A program made the translations under genes and the position numbers. A DNA stretch of 63,982 nt, counting the filler, from an uncultured bacterium (GTDB lineage Bacteria > CAZDME01 > JAYEMH01), in assembly GCA_964506785.1 (NCBI GenBank). It is 6 parts of 6 records of this genome, joined end to end, with 100 filler letters (N's around TTAATTAATTAA, not from the genome) between each part and the next. Parts side by side here need not be neighbours in the genome. Positions count along the whole stretch, not along the records: positions 1 to 12,242 come from CAZDME010000042.1; positions 12,343 to 24,268 come from CAZDME010000043.1; 4 more parts are not named here. One strand, given 5' to 3'. The notes beneath the pieces are model-generated. The model did no database searches. It was not told the DNA's origin and worked only from the letters and a program-made list of their open reading frames with translations. Shown piece after piece: positions 9,723 to 19,518 of the stretch; position 1 is the stretch's first letter; each line of letters starts with the position of its first letter.

Positions 9723-10850
9723 ATGAAGAAAAAAAATTTTATTCCGGTATATGAACCAAGATTGGGCGGGAAAGAGCAAAAATATGTCCTAGATTGTTTT
9801 AAGACTAACTGGATTTCTTCTCTGGGCAGATATATTGATAAGTTTGAAAGCCGATTTAGCAAGTTTTGCGGCCGGAAATATGGGATAGCTACCTCTAACG
9901 GAACTACCGCTCTTCAGCTGGCCCTTTTAGTTTTAGGCGTGGGAGGCGGGGATGAGGTAATTGTCCCTGATTTAACCTTTGTTGCCTCGGCTAATGCAGT
10001 TGCTTATACCGGGGCTAAACCGGTTTTTGTCGATGTGGATGAAGAAACCTGGACAATTGCCCCCCGGAAGATTTTGGAGAAAATAAATCGCCGGACAAAA
10101 GCAATCATGGCCGTGCATCTCTATGGGCACCCGTCCGATATGGATGCTATTAGAAAAATTACCCGGAGGTATAGAATAAATTTAATTGAGGATGCCGCTG
10201 AAGCCCACGGCGCTTTATATAAAGGGAAAATTGTCGGCGGTTTGTCTGACCTGGGCTGTTTCAGCTTTTATGGCAACAAAATCATTACCACCGGAGAGGG
10301 GGGGATGATTGTTACCAATAATCTTAACTTAGCCCGAAAGGCCAGATTTTTGAGAGACCACGGGATGTCTCGCCAGCGCCGATACTGGCATAGGGCTATT
10401 GGCTATAATTTTCGCCTGACTAATATTCAAGCGGCCATTGGCCTGGCCCAGTTAGAAAAGATAGAGGAAGTTGTGGCAGAAAAAAGAAAGATTGCTCACC
10501 TTTACAATCACCATTTAAAAATGATTAAAGGGTTAACTTTACCCCCGGAGGCTTCCTGGGCGAAAAATGTTTACTGGATGTACAGCATTTTAGTTAATCC
10601 CGCCTTTGGCCTTTCCCGGAATAAACTGATGGCTAAACTTAAAAAGAAGGGGATTGATACCCGGCCGTTTTTTTATCCTCTTCATAAACTGCCGCCTTAT
10701 AGAAAAAACGGTAAAAATTCGGAGCGTTATCCGGTCACTGAGCGATTATCCCCAAGGGGATTGAATTTACCTTCATCTCCGAATTTAAGCCAAGCCCAGA
10801 TTAAATATATTGCCGAGGCTGTCAGAAAGATTCAAAAAGGGAATCGTTAA
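9723..10850 (+). CDS. DegT/DnrJ/EryC1/StrS aminotransferase (perosamine-synthase-like)
   Basis: EDAAEAHG, FSFYGNKIITTGEGGM. Confidence 0.93.
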   Translation: MKKKNFIPVYEPRLGGKEQKYVLDCFKTNWISSLGRYIDKFESRFSKFCGRKYGIATSNGTTALQLALLVLGVGGGDEVIVPDLTFVASANAVAYTGAKPVFVDVDEETWTIAPRKILEKINRRTKAIMAVHLYGHPSDMDAIRKITRRYRINLIEDAAEAHGALYKGKIVGGLSDLGCFSFYGNKIITTGEGGMIVTNNLNLARKARFLRDHGMSRQRRYWHRAIGYNFRLTNIQAAIGLAQLEKIEEVVAEKRKIAHLYNHHLKMIKGLTLPPEASWAKNVYWMYSILVNPAFGLSRNKLMAKLKKKGIDTRPFFYPLHKLPPYRKNGKNSERYPVTERLSPRGLNLPSSPNLSQAQIKYIAEAVRKIQKGNR

Positions 10851-10931
10851 TGATACACATTAAACTATAAGCTGTCCGCGATACGCCAAAAAACGTTTAC
10901 TAAACGCTATACGCTGTCTTGGGAGTATATT

Positions 10932-11639
10932 TTGTTAAAGGGCGTTTCTGTTATTTTACCGACTTATAACGAGGCCGGTCATATTGCTGAGTTAATCGGG
11001 GAAATCTTCCGGGTGGCCGAAGGAGCGGGATTTGATACAGAGATAATTTTGGTTGACGATAATAGCCCGGATGGGACAGTCGGAATTGTCCAACAGGCTT
11101 TTAAAGAAAACCCCCGGTTAAAGACCTATATCCGTAAGAACGAAAGAGGTTTGGCTTCGGCCATCAGATTTGGTGCCGATAAAGCGACGAAAGATAATTT
11201 AATTTTTATGGATACAGATTTTAACCATGAGCCGCGGATAATTCCCATCCTGGTTAAACAACTTGAGGATTTTGACATTGCCGTTGGTTCCAGGTTTGTC
11301 GCCGGAGGAGGGATGAAAGGAAACCAGTTTCGATACTGGGGAAGTTATCTTTTTAACGCCTTTGTCAAACTTATCCTGCAGATCAAGACCAATGACAATT
11401 TATCTGGTTTCTTTGCTGTTTCAAAGGGAATTATTTCTGGTTTGAATCTAAAGAAGATTTTTAGAGGTTATGGAGATTACTTTATCAGGTTTCTCTATGA
11501 AGCGGGCAAAAAGGGTTTTTCAATAATAGAAATACCAGTAGTTTATCAAGAAAGGCCTTCGGGGAAAAGCAAGACGAATTTTTTCTGGCATCTTTTAAGG
11601 TATGTTTTTACTGTGTTTAAAGTGCGATTCGGGGAATAG
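10932..11639 (+). CDS. GT2 polyprenol-phosphate glycosyltransferase (DPM1-like)
   Basis: ILPTYNE, VDDNSPDGT, MDTDFNH. Confidence 0.9.
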   Translation: MLKGVSVILPTYNEAGHIAELIGEIFRVAEGAGFDTEIILVDDNSPDGTVGIVQQAFKENPRLKTYIRKNERGLASAIRFGADKATKDNLIFMDTDFNHEPRIIPILVKQLEDFDIAVGSRFVAGGGMKGNQFRYWGSYLFNAFVKLILQIKTNDNLSGFFAVSKGIISGLNLKKIFRGYGDYFIRFLYEAGKKGFSIIEIPVVYQERPSGKSKTNFFWHLLRYVFTVFKVRFGE

Positions 11640-11646
11640 AGAATAA

Positions 11647-12242
11647 ATGGATAAACTTAAAAAAATAGTTTTTGTGATTATAAGCCTGGGAATAATGCTG
11701 CGTTTCCTTAATTGGCTATTGCCGGTTATGGATTCGGATATGGCAATAACCGGGTTAATGGCCCGGCATATCTTAAAAGGTGAATTCCCGGTTTTTTTCT
11801 GGGGGCAGGCTTATTGCGGTTCAATCGAAGCTTACCTGGCGGCCCTGGTTTTTGCCTTATTTGGCGCCTCGCGTTATGCTTTGAATATTGTTCCCGTACT
11901 TGAGTCGATTTTATTTATGCTGCTTATGTACCTGTTAGCTAAGCGGGCTTTCGGCAGAAAAACAGGAATTTTAACCCTTTTATTAACTGCTTTCCCTGCC
12001 CGATACCTGGTTGCCAATGCTGGTTTAGCCAGGGCAAACTATGTAGAGAATTTAATCCTGGGTGCAGTTGTTTTCTATCTTACCTATCGGATGGTTTTTG
12101 AAAAAGATGGTATGAATTCAAGGAGGCGTTTCTTTATTTTGGGAATATTTTATGGGCTAGCCTGGTGGACAAATTTTCAAAGCATCTATTTATCTTAACC
12201 AGCCTAATTTTTATTTTCCTGCGAAAAAAACGCATATTTTTT
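11647..12242 (+). CDS. GT-C (ArnT/PMT-like) membrane glycosyltransferase, N-terminal part; apparent 1-base frameshift near 12190 and cut by the contig end
   Basis: DSDMAITGLMARHI, FFWGQAYCGSIE, multiple TM helices; adding one T at 12189-12191 extends the hydrophobic frame (SIYFILTSLIFIFLRKKRIF). Confidence 0.75.
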
Positions 12243-12342
12243 NNNNNNNNNNNNNNNNNNNNNNNNNNNNNNNNNNNNNNNNNNNNTTAATTAATTAANN
12301 NNNNNNNNNNNNNNNNNNNNNNNNNNNNNNNNNNNNNNNNNN
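12243..12342. other. Artificial contig linker
   Basis: N44-TTAATTAATTAA-N44 (stop codons in all frames). Confidence 0.98.
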
Positions 12343-12736
12343 GGCTAGTAGGGATATGGACAATTCTTCTCCATCTACTACTGGGAATAGGTCGAGGCAA
12401 ATCTTTAATCTCGCCTAAATGGAATTGATAATAATTCTCATCTTTCCTGGAATGCTTAGGTTCATCAGGGAAAAGTTGAATTCTTTTAACAGTATCTATT
12501 CCTACTACGTCAGCATAATAAATTATCTGATATCGCATTTCCTCTCCAAATCTAGAAGGGAAATAGAAAGCGATAAATTCTACATCTAATGCATTCCGAG
12601 GCGCTGATTTAACCGGAATATGATACCATCTCTGATTTTGGATTATTGGCCAGAGCTTTTTCCTCGGGACAATACCGACTAAGGCGGGGTTATCTAATTT
12701 CTTCAAAAATTTCTCCAATCCTTTATGCTTTGGCAT
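12343..12736 (-). CDS. Hypothetical protein, N-terminal part; resembles the domain often fused to DUF559/Vsr-like endonucleases
   Basis: ALVGIV...QRWYHIPV...IAFYFPSRFG...RIQLFPDEP..H...YYQF pattern; truncated by contig end. Confidence 0.55.
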
Positions 12737-12794
12737 TCACGACTTAAGGTCATTCGCTTCACTCAGGGCCAATTTTTATGCAAAGCATAAAAAT

Positions 12795-12869
12795 TGGGGT
12801 GGCTAACGGGATTTGAACCCGTACAAAGAGAACCACAATCTCTTGTGCTGCCATTACACCATAGCCACC
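12795..12869 (-). tRNA. tRNA-His(GTG) with G-1 and encoded CCA
   Basis: Reverse complement folds as cloverleaf; anticodon GTG; GGTTCAAATCC T-arm. Confidence 0.95.
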
Positions 12870-12909
12870 ATTGTTCCTATGATTCAGTACCAATTCTGCC
12901 TGGCAGAAT

Positions 12910-12986
12910 TGGTGAGCCCGGTGTGATTCGAACACACGACCCTCTGCTTAGAAGGCAGATGCTCTATCCAACTGAGCTACGGGCCC
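12910..12986 (-). tRNA. tRNA-Arg(TCT) with encoded CCA
   Basis: GGGCCCGTAGCTCAGTTGGATAGAGCATCTGCCTTCTAAGCAGAGGGTCGTGTGTTCGAATCACACCGGGCTCACCA. Confidence 0.95.
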
Positions 12987-13236
12987 TTTTTACCTCTTGA
13001 TCCTTGAGTTTCTTTAGAAATTTCTTTCCGTATCCTGACTTCAGTTGCTTCTCTCTCACTCTTGCAGCAGAACGAGTAGATAATTTTTCAAAGTATAATA
13101 ACTCCCAAGGTCTATAATACTCTGTCGATTTTGTTTTACCTAAGTTGTGCTCCTTAACTCGAGCTTCCAAATTTCTGGTGAAACCCACGCATATCCGGTT
13201 CTTTAAACTTGATATCAACGCATACACATAATACAT
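12964..13236 (-). CDS. Stand-alone GIY-YIG nuclease family protein (90 aa); stop codon lies inside tRNA-Arg
   Basis: YYVYAL...RICVGFT.NL..RVKEHN.G...ST...RPW.L.Y.E...AR.REKQLKS. Confidence 0.9.
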   Translation of the reverse strand: MYYVYALISSLKNRICVGFTRNLEARVKEHNLGKTKSTEYYRPWELLYFEKLSTRSAARVREKQLKSGYGKKFLKKLKDQEVKRARSSVG

Positions 13237-13243
13237 AGAACTT

Positions 13244-13320
13244 GGCAGATGCTCCCTGCCGCTGCCTGCCTAATAACAGTCAGGGCAGGTAAATATCCTT
13301 AACAACTGAGCTACGGGCCC
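13244..13320 (-). pseudogene. Degenerate duplicate of the 5' half of tRNA-Arg(TCT), interrupted by a CCTGCC/GGCAGG palindromic insert
   Basis: 13303-13320 identical to 12969-12986 (18 bp); 13244-13254 identical to 12954-12964 (11 bp). Confidence 0.85.
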
Positions 13321-13502
13321 CTACTAGCAAATGGCAAATAGCTAATAGCTTATGGTTAATTATTATACCACATTTGAATGGGGAAAATTTCCTTTCCCCG
13401 TGAATATATAAGTGCTATAATACATTTGGCTAAATACTGTCAAAGAAACACCATAATGGTAATACTACAAAATTAACGGTAAGTCAAGAAAAGAAGTGAT
13501 GT

Positions 13503-14954
13503 TTGGAAGGGATATCACGGTCGAAACTTATGAAAGATGATTTTAATTTTGCCGGGACTAAGTTCTGTTTGATTTTTCCTCCCTATCGCCAAAGCGAAGA
13601 TTTATTTTTTTTGAAAGCGACTAAAAAAGATTTAGGCAAAATTCCCCCGCTTAGTTTATGCACGGTAGCGGCGGTATTGGAAAGATACGGAGGACGGGTT
13701 AAGATTATCGACGTTAATGTTTCAAAATTATCGTTAGAAGATACCTTAAATGAAATTATCGATTTTGGGCCTGATTTTTTAGGATTTACCTTATCTACCT
13801 ACCAGTTTCATTTTACCCTGGAATGGATTAAAAAAATACGCCGGAGAATAAATAAGCCGGTGATTGTGGGGGGGCCTCATGCGCGGATATATTCCCGCCA
13901 GATATTAACTCACCGCTGCATCGATTACTGCGTGCTGGGAGACGCCGAAAAAACGCTTCCGCACCTGATTTATGCGTTAATCGAAAAGAAACCTCTCTCG
14001 CACGTAGGCGGAGTTGCGTATCGCGATAATTCAGAAATAAAATTGAATAATTTTTCTTTGTTTATCAAAAATCTTGATAACGTACCTTTCCCTTCCCGCC
14101 ATTTAATAGATAACTCCCGGTATTATTCTTTGATTTCTAAACATAAGAATTTTACGGCGATGATCACCAGCCGCGGCTGCGTATTCCAATGCACATTTTG
14201 TGACCAGCATCGCATCCCTTACCAGGCAATGAAGCCCAAGCGAGTCGTTGATGAGATGGAAACCTGCGGGAAAGAATTTGGCGTAAAAGAAATTGATATG
14301 TTCGATGGACTATTCTCTCTCAATAAGCAAAGATTGCTGGAAATATGCGCCCAGATAAAAAAAAGGAAACTTAAAATATTTTGGTCTTTTCGGACGCGGG
14401 CGGATTTAATTGACAAAGAAGTCTTGGAGGTCTTAAAAACAGCCGGATGTATGAGAATACATTATGGTGTCGAGAGCGGTTCTCCGGAAATCTTGAAAAA
14501 TATCCGAAAGAATGAAACATTAGAACACATTATTCGCGCCGTGCGTTTAACAAAAAAAGCAGGTATTGACACTTTTGGGTATTTTATGGTAGGCAATCAC
14601 GGAGAAAATAAAGCTACGATAAAAGCCACATCGAAATTGATGCTTTCACTTCCTTTAGATTATGTGCAAATTTCCCCGATATATTACCCCCCGTATAGCA
14701 AAGTTTATTCGGATATCGTTGCGGTTATAAAACACGATTACTGGGCGAAATATACCGTAAACCCTGGCTACAAAATAGATTTTCCGATTATCGGTACGTC
14801 ATTCAATAAAAACCAGATTGACCGAATTGCCAAAAAAATGTATCTGCGGTTTTATCTCCGTTTCCCATATATGTTTAAATATCTTTTAAAAATAAAATCG
14901 CTTTCCGAAGTCCAGAGAGCTTTTAGGGCAATTTACAATATGCTTAAGGAATAG
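13503..14954 (+). CDS. B12-binding-domain radical SAM protein (start may be ATG 13530)
   Basis: PPLSL, VGGPHA, TSRGCVFQCTFC (CX3CX2C), GVESGS. Confidence 0.92.
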   Translation: MEGISRSKLMKDDFNFAGTKFCLIFPPYRQSEDLFFLKATKKDLGKIPPLSLCTVAAVLERYGGRVKIIDVNVSKLSLEDTLNEIIDFGPDFLGFTLSTYQFHFTLEWIKKIRRRINKPVIVGGPHARIYSRQILTHRCIDYCVLGDAEKTLPHLIYALIEKKPLSHVGGVAYRDNSEIKLNNFSLFIKNLDNVPFPSRHLIDNSRYYSLISKHKNFTAMITSRGCVFQCTFCDQHRIPYQAMKPKRVVDEMETCGKEFGVKEIDMFDGLFSLNKQRLLEICAQIKKRKLKIFWSFRTRADLIDKEVLEVLKTAGCMRIHYGVESGSPEILKNIRKNETLEHIIRAVRLTKKAGIDTFGYFMVGNHGENKATIKATSKLMLSLPLDYVQISPIYYPPYSKVYSDIVAVIKHDYWAKYTVNPGYKIDFPIIGTSFNKNQIDRIAKKMYLRFYLRFPYMFKYLLKIKSLSEVQRAFRAIYNMLKE

Positions 14955-15205
14955 TCTACTAAAAAACGGCTCGCTAAAAGTAAGCGCTCTGATTGCGCTG
15001 AAAGGTTAAAAGGCGATTTTAGGAACTAAAGAGGCTTGATAATGAATAGTGGGAAATATTCGAATCCGATTTGGCATGCTGATCCTTTTTCCCTTATTTT
15101 AGATAGTGAAGACGTTATTATAAAAGAAGTTACGAAAAAGAAATTCTTGTCAAAACGCAGTCAAAAAATTTTAATTTTCCCTCTAAAAATTCTCAAAGTC
15201 TAATT

Positions 15206-15282
15206 TGGTCGGGGCACCCAGACTCGAACTGGGGACCTCCTGCTCCCAAAGCAGGCGCGCTAGCCATCTGCGCTATGCCCCG
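15206..15282 (-). tRNA. tRNA-Pro(TGG) with encoded CCA
   Basis: Cloverleaf CGGGGCA...CCTGCTTTGGGAGCAGG...TGCCCCGACCA. Confidence 0.95.
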
Positions 15283-15302
15283 TATATCCTTATCACCTGC
15301 TG

Positions 15303-15367
15303 ATTATAGGCTAAATTAAGTTATCGGTCAAGGAAAAGGTTGCAAAACCAAGCGGGTGCGGTATAAT
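15303..15367. promoter_or_regulatory. Divergent sigma70-type promoters for tRNA-Pro (-) and asmA (+)
   Basis: Minus strand TTGACC-17-TATAAT (15331-15303); plus strand TTGCAA-16-TATAAT (15340-15367). Confidence 0.6.
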
Positions 15368-15375
15368 AAAGACAA

Positions 15376-18156
15376 ATGAAGACAGGAAAAAAAATATTAA
15401 CCATTCTCATCCTTATATGCGCCGTTATCGCCGGCTTGAGCTTCTATTTAGAGAAAATGTTTCTGCCGGAAAAAATAAAAAAACTGGCTACAGATTTTCT
15501 TGAGGAACAATTAGAATTAGAGGCAAGCCTCCAATCGGTAGATTTTAGCTTCTGGAAGGGAATCGAGGTAAAAGGATTCGCCATTAAAAATCCGGCTGGA
15601 TTTAAAGAGGAAGAATTAATAAAAATAGAAAGGGCTGTTTTAAAACCGTCTTTCCTATCTCTTCTCCGCCGGAAACCGGCGGTTTCAGCGATATTTATCG
15701 ATGAGCCGCAGTTCAGCCTGGAACGAAACCAGAAAGGCATCTGGAACATCGAACGGCTTTTAAAGCCGTCTCCTCAAAAATCCCCGCTGAAAGAAAAATC
15801 ACCAGATAAAAAGTTCTCTTTACGGGTTTCTAAAATTGTTATCCGCCAGGGAAATATTTCCTTCAGGGATGAAGGGATTACACCGAGCTTCTCCCGCAAA
15901 ATTAAAAACATTAATTTAAATGTCTCACCCGTGGGCGGATACCTGGCCCTTATTTATAACTTTAACCTGGCGGTGGAAGAGGATGAAACCGTAATAAAAG
16001 GCAAAGGCAAATTCTTCCCTTTAGCCAAACGGGGCGGAATCGAGCTGGATATTAACCACCTCCCCCTTTCAGGCTTTAGCCCTTATTTAAATAAAGCCGG
16101 CACTTTCTCCTTCGATAACGGCCTTCTGGATTTAGCTTTAGAGCTTTCGGTGGATAAAAACGGCCTGGACGGCCGCGCCCAGCTTAATCTTTCCCAAATA
16201 GTCCTCTTTCTTAAAGATATCTATGATACCCCCTTGGTTTTCTCATCCGGAAAAATTGACAGCCGCTTCGGAGTGGACAATGAAAAAGAAGAAATCAATT
16301 TCAAGAACAGCTCAATCTCTATCGGAAAAATAAATATTAACGGCCAGGGAGAAATTAAATCCTTTAAAACCAACCCGGAATTTAATTTCTATTTTTCCAG
16401 CCCTTTGCTTGACCTTAAGGAAATAGCTTTTGCCTTTCCGACAAGCTCAGTTGATTTCTATAAATCCTTAGAAGCCGCAGGACCGTTTACAATCAGACGG
16501 GGTGAACTCTCTATGCCTTTTAAAAATAGCCTTAAGACAGCATATAAAATAAATCTGGAGATACAAAAAGCCGGATGCAAATTCCCCTTTCTTAACTCAA
16601 GAATAGAAAATATCCAAGGGCATTTGGATTTTGGCCCGGAAAAAATCGAGGCAAAAAAATTAACCGCCCAAATCGAAAAGCTGCCTTTTTCTTTAGGCGG
16701 GAACTGGGGAACAAAAAGAAATGCCCCGGTAAATTTAGACTTTTCCTTTAGCGAGTTTTCTCTGGCAAACCTGGAAGATGTCTTTAAGAAAAATTTCGCG
16801 AAGGACTTCCCACCTTTAGATTTTCAAGGAAAAGGCGAAGGTAAATTAAATATTGCCGGGCAACCCAGTAAATTAAACTGGCAGGGCGATATAAAACTTA
16901 TCGAGGCGGCTATTTCCCAGAAGAACCGGAATAATCCAATCGAAAAACTAAACGGCCAGATTCATTTTAGCGATGATTCCTTTTCGACAAAATCGCTTCA
17001 GGGTATCTGGAGGAATAAACCCTTAAGCTTAAGCGGCTACCTTGAGGATTTTAAGGAGCCCAAATTGGAATTAAACTTGAGCGGCGAAGGAATCAACCTG
17101 AAAGGGAAAACCCAACATCTCAAAGAGGGAGGAGAATTATTGGAACTCTCCGGGAATTACCAGGGCATTCCAATGGAGGCCCGGGGGAAATTAAAAAAAA
17201 TAGCCCCTTTAACCTTTGACGGCAGCCTGAAAAGCTCACCGTTGGAATTAAATAAACTGGTAAAAATCCTCCCGGCTAATTTCAAGGAAATTTATAAAAA
17301 AATCGATTTATCCGGGACGGCTAGTTTAAGCGCCAATTTAGCCGGCGAACTTTTAAACTGGAAAACATGGAAAGCCAACGGCAGATTTTCTTTCCCTAAA
17401 CTCCACGTTACCAAATGCAGCCTGAAAGAATTTTCTTCTAATTTCAACCTGAACGAGCAGAAATTGTCCCTGTCGGATTTAAAAGCAGCTATTTGCCAAG
17501 GGGCTCTCCGGGGAAACTTCCAAATTAATTTAGCCGAGTCTTATCCAAGTTATACAGGAACTTTTTCCCTGTCGAATGTAGACTTAAGCAGGTTGAGCCA
17601 GGAAACTGACTGGAAAGATTTAGACCTTCAGGGATTAGGAAACTCGGAGGTTAAATTTAACGGGTTTGGCGGCGACTGGAATAAACTTAAAGGAGGAGGC
17701 TGGATTCATTTAGCCGGAAGCCGCCTCTGGGAAATCCCTCTCTTAGGAGAACTATCTAATATCTTATTGATCCCGGGACTGGATAAAACAATCATTCGCG
17801 AAGGACACTGCAATCTTAATATCAATCAGGGACGGGTCTATACCCGGGATTTGGAATTGTTGAGCGATAATCTAACCCTGAAGGCCGAAGGAAGCGCCGG
17901 TTTTGACACGACCCTCGATTTCGATATTCTCATGCAGTTTTCAGGGGCTTTAAGAAAAGAAGCAAAAAGTTTAACAAAATTAGCTAACCTGGTTTTAAAA
18001 ACAGTTGAGCAGCTGCTTGTTCAAATAGAACTTAAAGGAACTATCGGTAAACCTAAATATACCGTCAGGCCGTTTCCGGTAGATAAAATACTGGAGAGAG
18101 AAATAAAAAACAAACTGGGAGATTTCCTAAAAGATTTACTGGAAGAAAAACCGTAA
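15376..18156 (+). CDS. AsmA-family (bridge-like lipid transfer) protein
   Basis: Single N-terminal TM, LERNQKGIWNIERL motif, long beta-strand pattern, AsmA-like C-terminus. Confidence 0.85.
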   Translation: MKTGKKILTILILICAVIAGLSFYLEKMFLPEKIKKLATDFLEEQLELEASLQSVDFSFWKGIEVKGFAIKNPAGFKEEELIKIERAVLKPSFLSLLRRKPAVSAIFIDEPQFSLERNQKGIWNIERLLKPSPQKSPLKEKSPDKKFSLRVSKIVIRQGNISFRDEGITPSFSRKIKNINLNVSPVGGYLALIYNFNLAVEEDETVIKGKGKFFPLAKRGGIELDINHLPLSGFSPYLNKAGTFSFDNGLLDLALELSVDKNGLDGRAQLNLSQIVLFLKDIYDTPLVFSSGKIDSRFGVDNEKEEINFKNSSISIGKININGQGEIKSFKTNPEFNFYFSSPLLDLKEIAFAFPTSSVDFYKSLEAAGPFTIRRGELSMPFKNSLKTAYKINLEIQKAGCKFPFLNSRIENIQGHLDFGPEKIEAKKLTAQIEKLPFSLGGNWGTKRNAPVNLDFSFSEFSLANLEDVFKKNFAKDFPPLDFQGKGEGKLNIAGQPSKLNWQGDIKLIEAAISQKNRNNPIEKLNGQIHFSDDSFSTKSLQGIWRNKPLSLSGYLEDFKEPKLELNLSGEGINLKGKTQHLKEGGELLELSGNYQGIPMEARGKLKKIAPLTFDGSLKSSPLELNKLVKILPANFKEIYKKIDLSGTASLSANLAGELLNWKTWKANGRFSFPKLHVTKCSLKEFSSNFNLNEQKLSLSDLKAAICQGALRGNFQINLAESYPSYTGTFSLSNVDLSRLSQETDWKDLDLQGLGNSEVKFNGFGGDWNKLKGGGWIHLAGSRLWEIPLLGELSNILLIPGLDKTIIREGHCNLNINQGRVYTRDLELLSDNLTLKAEGSAGFDTTLDFDILMQFSGALRKEAKSLTKLANLVLKTVEQLLVQIELKGTIGKPKYTVRPFPVDKILEREIKNKLGDFLKDLLEEKP

Positions 18157-18170
18157 AGATAAGGAAACTA

Positions 18171-18776
18171 TTAAGCAATCAATTTCTCTATTACCCCGGC
18201 CATTTTCTTAAAGGCGCGAAAGCGGTGGCTGACTTTGTTCTTCTTCCCGGGAAGAAGCTCGGCAAAGGTTTTTTTATAAGGCGGGTAATAAAAAAGAGGG
18301 TCGTAGCCAAAACCTCTTTTCCCCCGGAACTGACCGAGGATATAACCAGAGCACTTTCCTTCAACTACCTTAATAACCTTTTTGGGATCGGCTAAAACAG
18401 CAAGACAACGAAAACTGGCCCGCCTCTTAGAAAACGGCACACCACGGAGATCCCTGAGTAACTTCCGATTATTCGCCCGGTAATTACCCTGCCTACCGGC
18501 ATAGCGGGCCGATAAAACACCGGGCCTACCCTTTAAAGCTTTTACTTCCAAACCAGAATCATCAGCTAAAGCAAGCCGGCCGGTAAACCTGGCGGCCAGA
18601 CGGGCTTTTTTTAAGGCATTCCCTCTAAAAGTGGGGGCGTCTTCCCGAACCTCAGGGAATGAAGGGAAATCACTCAAGCCGATAAGCTTGATGGGCAGGT
18701 TTTTTAAAATAGCGGCAATTTCTTTTTTCTTTTTTTTATTTCTGGTAGCTAAGACAATCTCTATTTTCCGGGCCAT
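18171..18776 (-). CDS. rdgB: dITP/XTP pyrophosphatase
   Basis: ATRNKKK, ADDSGLEV, GFGYDPLF, KNKVSHR. Confidence 0.95.
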   Translation of the reverse strand: MARKIEIVLATRNKKKKKEIAAILKNLPIKLIGLSDFPSFPEVREDAPTFRGNALKKARLAARFTGRLALADDSGLEVKALKGRPGVLSARYAGRQGNYRANNRKLLRDLRGVPFSKRRASFRCLAVLADPKKVIKVVEGKCSGYILGQFRGKRGFGYDPLFYYPPYKKTFAELLPGKKNKVSHRFRAFKKMAGVIEKLIA

Positions 18777-19498
18777 TAAAGAATTGCGCCGACAAGGCTT
18801 TTCTGGATACTAATGAGCTTTTTTATTCCCTGCCTGGCAAGATTAACCAGTTTCTCCATATCCGATAGGGCAAAAGGATGCCTTTCCGCGGTTCCCTGAA
18901 TCTCAATAAATTTCCCTCTTCCGGTCATAACCACATTCATATCTACCTCGGCCGATGAATCTTCCCGGTAAGATAAATCAAGCATTAGTTCCCCATCCTT
19001 GATACCGACACTGGTAGCCGCAACCCAATCTTTTACCGGAAACCTCTCAATCGTTTTTTCCCGATGGAGTTTTTTCAGGGCTTCGACCAGGGCGATAAAG
19101 GCACCGGTAATAGCCGCCGTCCGCGTGCCGCCATCAGCCTGAATTACATCGCAGTCAATCCAGAGGGTCCGCTCTCCCAGAAGGTCCAAATCGACTACAG
19201 AACGAAGGGAACGGCCGATTAAACGCTGAATCTCATGGGTGCGCCCGGCAATCTTTCCCCGGGAGGCCTCGCGGATAATTCGCTCGCTGACGGAACGCGG
19301 TAACATCCCGTATTCGGCAGTAATCCAGCCTTTACCTTTGTTTCTTAAAAATGACGGGACTTTTTCTTCAATACTGGCGGTGCAAATGACTTTGGTATCA
19401 CCCAATTCAATCAAAGCTGAACCCTCAGCATATTTATTAAAATTTTTTTTGATTTTAACCGGCCTGAGTTCTCTATTTTTTCTTTTGTCGGGACGCAT
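18776..19498 (-). CDS. rph: Ribonuclease PH
   Basis: [37 protein letters not shown]. Confidence 0.97.
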   Translation of the reverse strand: MRPDKRKNRELRPVKIKKNFNKYAEGSALIELGDTKVICTASIEEKVPSFLRNKGKGWITAEYGMLPRSVSERIIREASRGKIAGRTHEIQRLIGRSLRSVVDLDLLGERTLWIDCDVIQADGGTRTAAITGAFIALVEALKKLHREKTIERFPVKDWVAATSVGIKDGELMLDLSYREDSSAEVDMNVVMTGRGKFIEIQGTAERHPFALSDMEKLVNLARQGIKKLISIQKSLVGAIL

Positions 19499-19518
19499 GG
19501 TTTGCTCCTTTGAAAGTG

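Noticed and set aside
12287-12298. TTAATTAATTAA repeated five times in the window
   Set aside because: Always centred in an N44-...-N44 block; an artificial linker. ORF-track ends and tails such as LIN that run into linkers are artefacts.
12794-13000. 68-aa plus-strand ORF
   Set aside because: Antisense shadow of tRNA-His and tRNA-Arg.
15042-15203. 53-codon ORF between the radical SAM gene and tRNA-Pro
   Set aside because: No recognisable motif or convincing RBS; cannot be supported.
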